Shown here: positions 62,515-64,000 of the stretch, in pieces | Layout: each line of letters begins with the position of its first letter | Numbering within the stretch: position 1 is the stretch's first letter | Source: Candidatus Enterousia sp. | Lineage (GTDB): Bacteria > Pseudomonadota > Alphaproteobacteria > Rs-D84 | Assembly (NCBI GenBank): GCA_045133095.1 | Contig: JBGUTP010000004.1 | Coordinates: 67,058-131,057 of the forward strand | Reading direction: 5' to 3' | DNA: 64,000 nucleotides | Notes under the pieces: generated by a model | What the model was told of the DNA's origin: nothing | What the model saw: the letters and a program-made list of their open reading frames with translations, nothing else | The model's database searches: none | Position numbers and translations under genes: made by a program

Positions 62515-62913
62515 ATGGCAAATGAACAAAATTTAAAAATTCTAAGCCCGAACGAAGCCCGAGAATTTGGTAGAATTGGTGGCATAATGTCTGGCCAAGT
62601 CAGAAAAGAACGTAAACAACTACGAGAAATAGCACTAACACTAGCAAACACGCAATTACCATCAAACTACTCTATCGACAGATATAATTCTACCGAAAAT
62701 TACAATCTCGAAAAACCAACCGTAATTGACGGGATAATGATCGCTTTGTTAAGAAAATCCTTAAACGGGAATTTACAAGCAATAAAAATACTATTCAACA
62801 TTATCGGAGACAACCCAACATTACTGAGCGAGCTACAAACAGGACAAACATTAACAGAACAAGAAGTAAAAGTTTCATACAAAACAAAAAAACAATCTCT
62901 AAAACCGATATAA
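62515..62913 (+). CDS. Phage protein, small-terminase-like N-terminus
   Basis: MANEQNLK...EAREFGRIGGIMSGQVRKERKQLREI and GNLQAIK. Confidence 0.6.
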   Translation: MANEQNLKILSPNEAREFGRIGGIMSGQVRKERKQLREIALTLANTQLPSNYSIDRYNSTENYNLEKPTVIDGIMIALLRKSLNGNLQAIKILFNIIGDNPTLLSELQTGQTLTEQEVKVSYKTKKQSLKPI

Positions 62914-62974
62914 TTCATTTCTTGAAATTTATACTTTTTCGTTATACACTACATAATGAATCCATAGGGATATG

Positions 62975-63186
62975 GGTTCGGGGCTATCTCAAGCCTACGT
63001 CATTCGGTGCAAAATTGCTAATGGCATCGTTATCCGATGTCATTCCTGTAGCTTTGTGTCGTTATTTATCCCTGACTGTATATGTCGGGGAGCTGTCTGT
63101 TATACAACAGGGGTAACCCGAAAGCAGCAGAATCAATAATGACGTGATTTGAGAACTCCCCGACCGCTCATATTCTATGGCGGTCT
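62975..63186 (+). ncRNA. c4/CI-like antisense RNA with upstream target site
   Basis: GTCGGGGAG(63084)/CTCCCCGAC(63156) closing stem; 62980-63004 is complementary to 63138-63161. Confidence 0.55.
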
Positions 63187-63213
63187 TATTTTTTTATACA
63201 TGGGAGAATCTAT

Positions 63214-63627
63214 ATGAAATACAAAATCATTGCTTTGACATTTGTTGTGTCAGTATTTTTAAGCTCAACCATCTACACCACATCAGCACAGCCCACCCCT
63301 CAACAAGAGCAGAATTTATTGAGCGACCCTGATTTTGGGATACCGCAAGGCAAGAACGTAGACTACGAAATGAAAGATTACACTATGACATTGAGCCCTG
63401 AATTATCTCGAGAAATGATAAACTATTCTGGACGCCACCCCTCCTTTTCGGAACGTGTTTCCGTTTGGATAGAAAACGCGTTTATTTGGCTTGCCTCTAT
63501 CTCAGATCGTATATCCCTTATATATGCAAAACTAACCAACAATACAGAAATGCAATTAAGAGCAGAAGAAGCGATCCAGGAGTATACAAAATCAATGTAT
63601 TACAACAAAGCAGCTATCGGTTTATAA
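63214..63627 (+). CDS. Exported hypothetical protein (island cargo)
   Basis: Signal peptide, GGGAGA RBS. Confidence 0.7.
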   Translation: MKYKIIALTFVVSVFLSSTIYTTSAQPTPQQEQNLLSDPDFGIPQGKNVDYEMKDYTMTLSPELSREMINYSGRHPSFSERVSVWIENAFIWLASISDRISLIYAKLTNNTEMQLRAEEAIQEYTKSMYYNKAAIGL

Positions 63628-63641
63628 ATTAAGGATAACAG

Positions 63642-64000
63642 ATGTATAAAATCAAATTAGCTTTTTTATTACTTAGTGTGTTCATTTGCTCATCCTGTAT
63701 CAACCAGCAAAGCAAAACAGAAAACATGATCGTACAAGATCTAAAAACACTAACTCCAGAATGTCGAAAAGTTTACTTGGTTGGCAGTGGATTGGTTATG
63801 GCTTTAAAAAGCATGACTTCAAATGACTATATTTTAGGCACAAATCTTCTTTGCATATCCTATACATACTATGAAATGAGCCAGACGGAAATTAACCTTT
63901 TAAGCGAAATATCTGACAATTATTTTCGTAACGCTACCAGAAGAATATCTGATTCTTGCTTGAGTGTTATTGAAAAAGATGGAGACAAGGCCGTATTAGA
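63642..64000 (+). CDS. Hypothetical lipoprotein, runs off the window end
   Basis: MYKIKLAFLLLSVFICSSC...; AAGGA RBS; frame open to the end. Confidence 0.6.
   Translation, partial: MYKIKLAFLLLSVFICSSCINQQSKTENMIVQDLKTLTPECRKVYLVGSGLVMALKSMTSNDYILGTNLLCISYTYYEMSQTEINLLSEISDNYFRNATRRISDSCLSVIEKDGDKAVL

Larger units (their letters stand above)
59990..64000 (+). mobile_element. Phage-satellite-like (PICI/P4-like) island integrated at tRNA-Thr, continuing past the window
   Basis: Shift to AT-rich sequence; HTH excisionase-like gene, DUF3631-like replication gene, ori-like repeats, c4-like RNA. Confidence 0.7.

Noticed and set aside
62922-63116. 64-aa ORF in the island
   Set aside because: Starts at a TTG that looks like a -35 box and overlaps the structured RNA; an Ash/Kil-like peptide cannot be fully excluded.

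Overview
64 kb of chromosome, probably from an anaerobic, host-associated alphaproteobacterium (inferred from the alpha-type ParC, the alphaproteobacterial HTH family at 8652, LptE/Lgt and a class III RNR; possibly the Rs-D84/'Enterousia' lineage, not proven). The housekeeping backbone includes priA, miaA, gap, rpmG, rplU, rpmA, parC, zapA, radC, map, holA, lptE, nrdD/nrdG, lgt, a homodimeric glycyl-tRNA synthetase, a U32 protein and five tRNAs. Four accessory units interrupt it. (1) At 0.3-7.4 kb, a reduced T7-like podophage structural cluster: ATPase-only terminase, tail-fibre adaptor, tail tube A/B, capsid, scaffold, holin-like protein and cell-wall hydrolase, with a histone-H1-like gene inserted between scaffold and capsid. 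No portal, integrase or replication gene is visible, so it is a candidate domesticated, GTA-like element. (2) At 15.8-18.5 kb, an integrase-less array of three single-gene cassettes behind tRNA-Glu. Each junction repeats the tRNA 3' core plus a short arm whose reverse strand conserves a peptide (W..LCNSR....DLLxFGKxIKxFL), read here as tandem att sites. (3) At 39.4-50.3 kb, a Druantia type III-like pair (druH, druE) plus a double-AAA ATPase next to tRNA-Ser. (4) From tRNA-Thr to the window end, an AT-rich phage-satellite-like island with ori-like inverted repeats and a c4-like antisense RNA. Also seen: a candidate anti-Shine-Dalgarno sRNA, tRNA-linked hairpin repeats, tandem NrdR boxes, and orphan proteins sharing a C-terminal (K/N)-x-R-stop. 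All calls come from reading motifs by eye; no database search was run.
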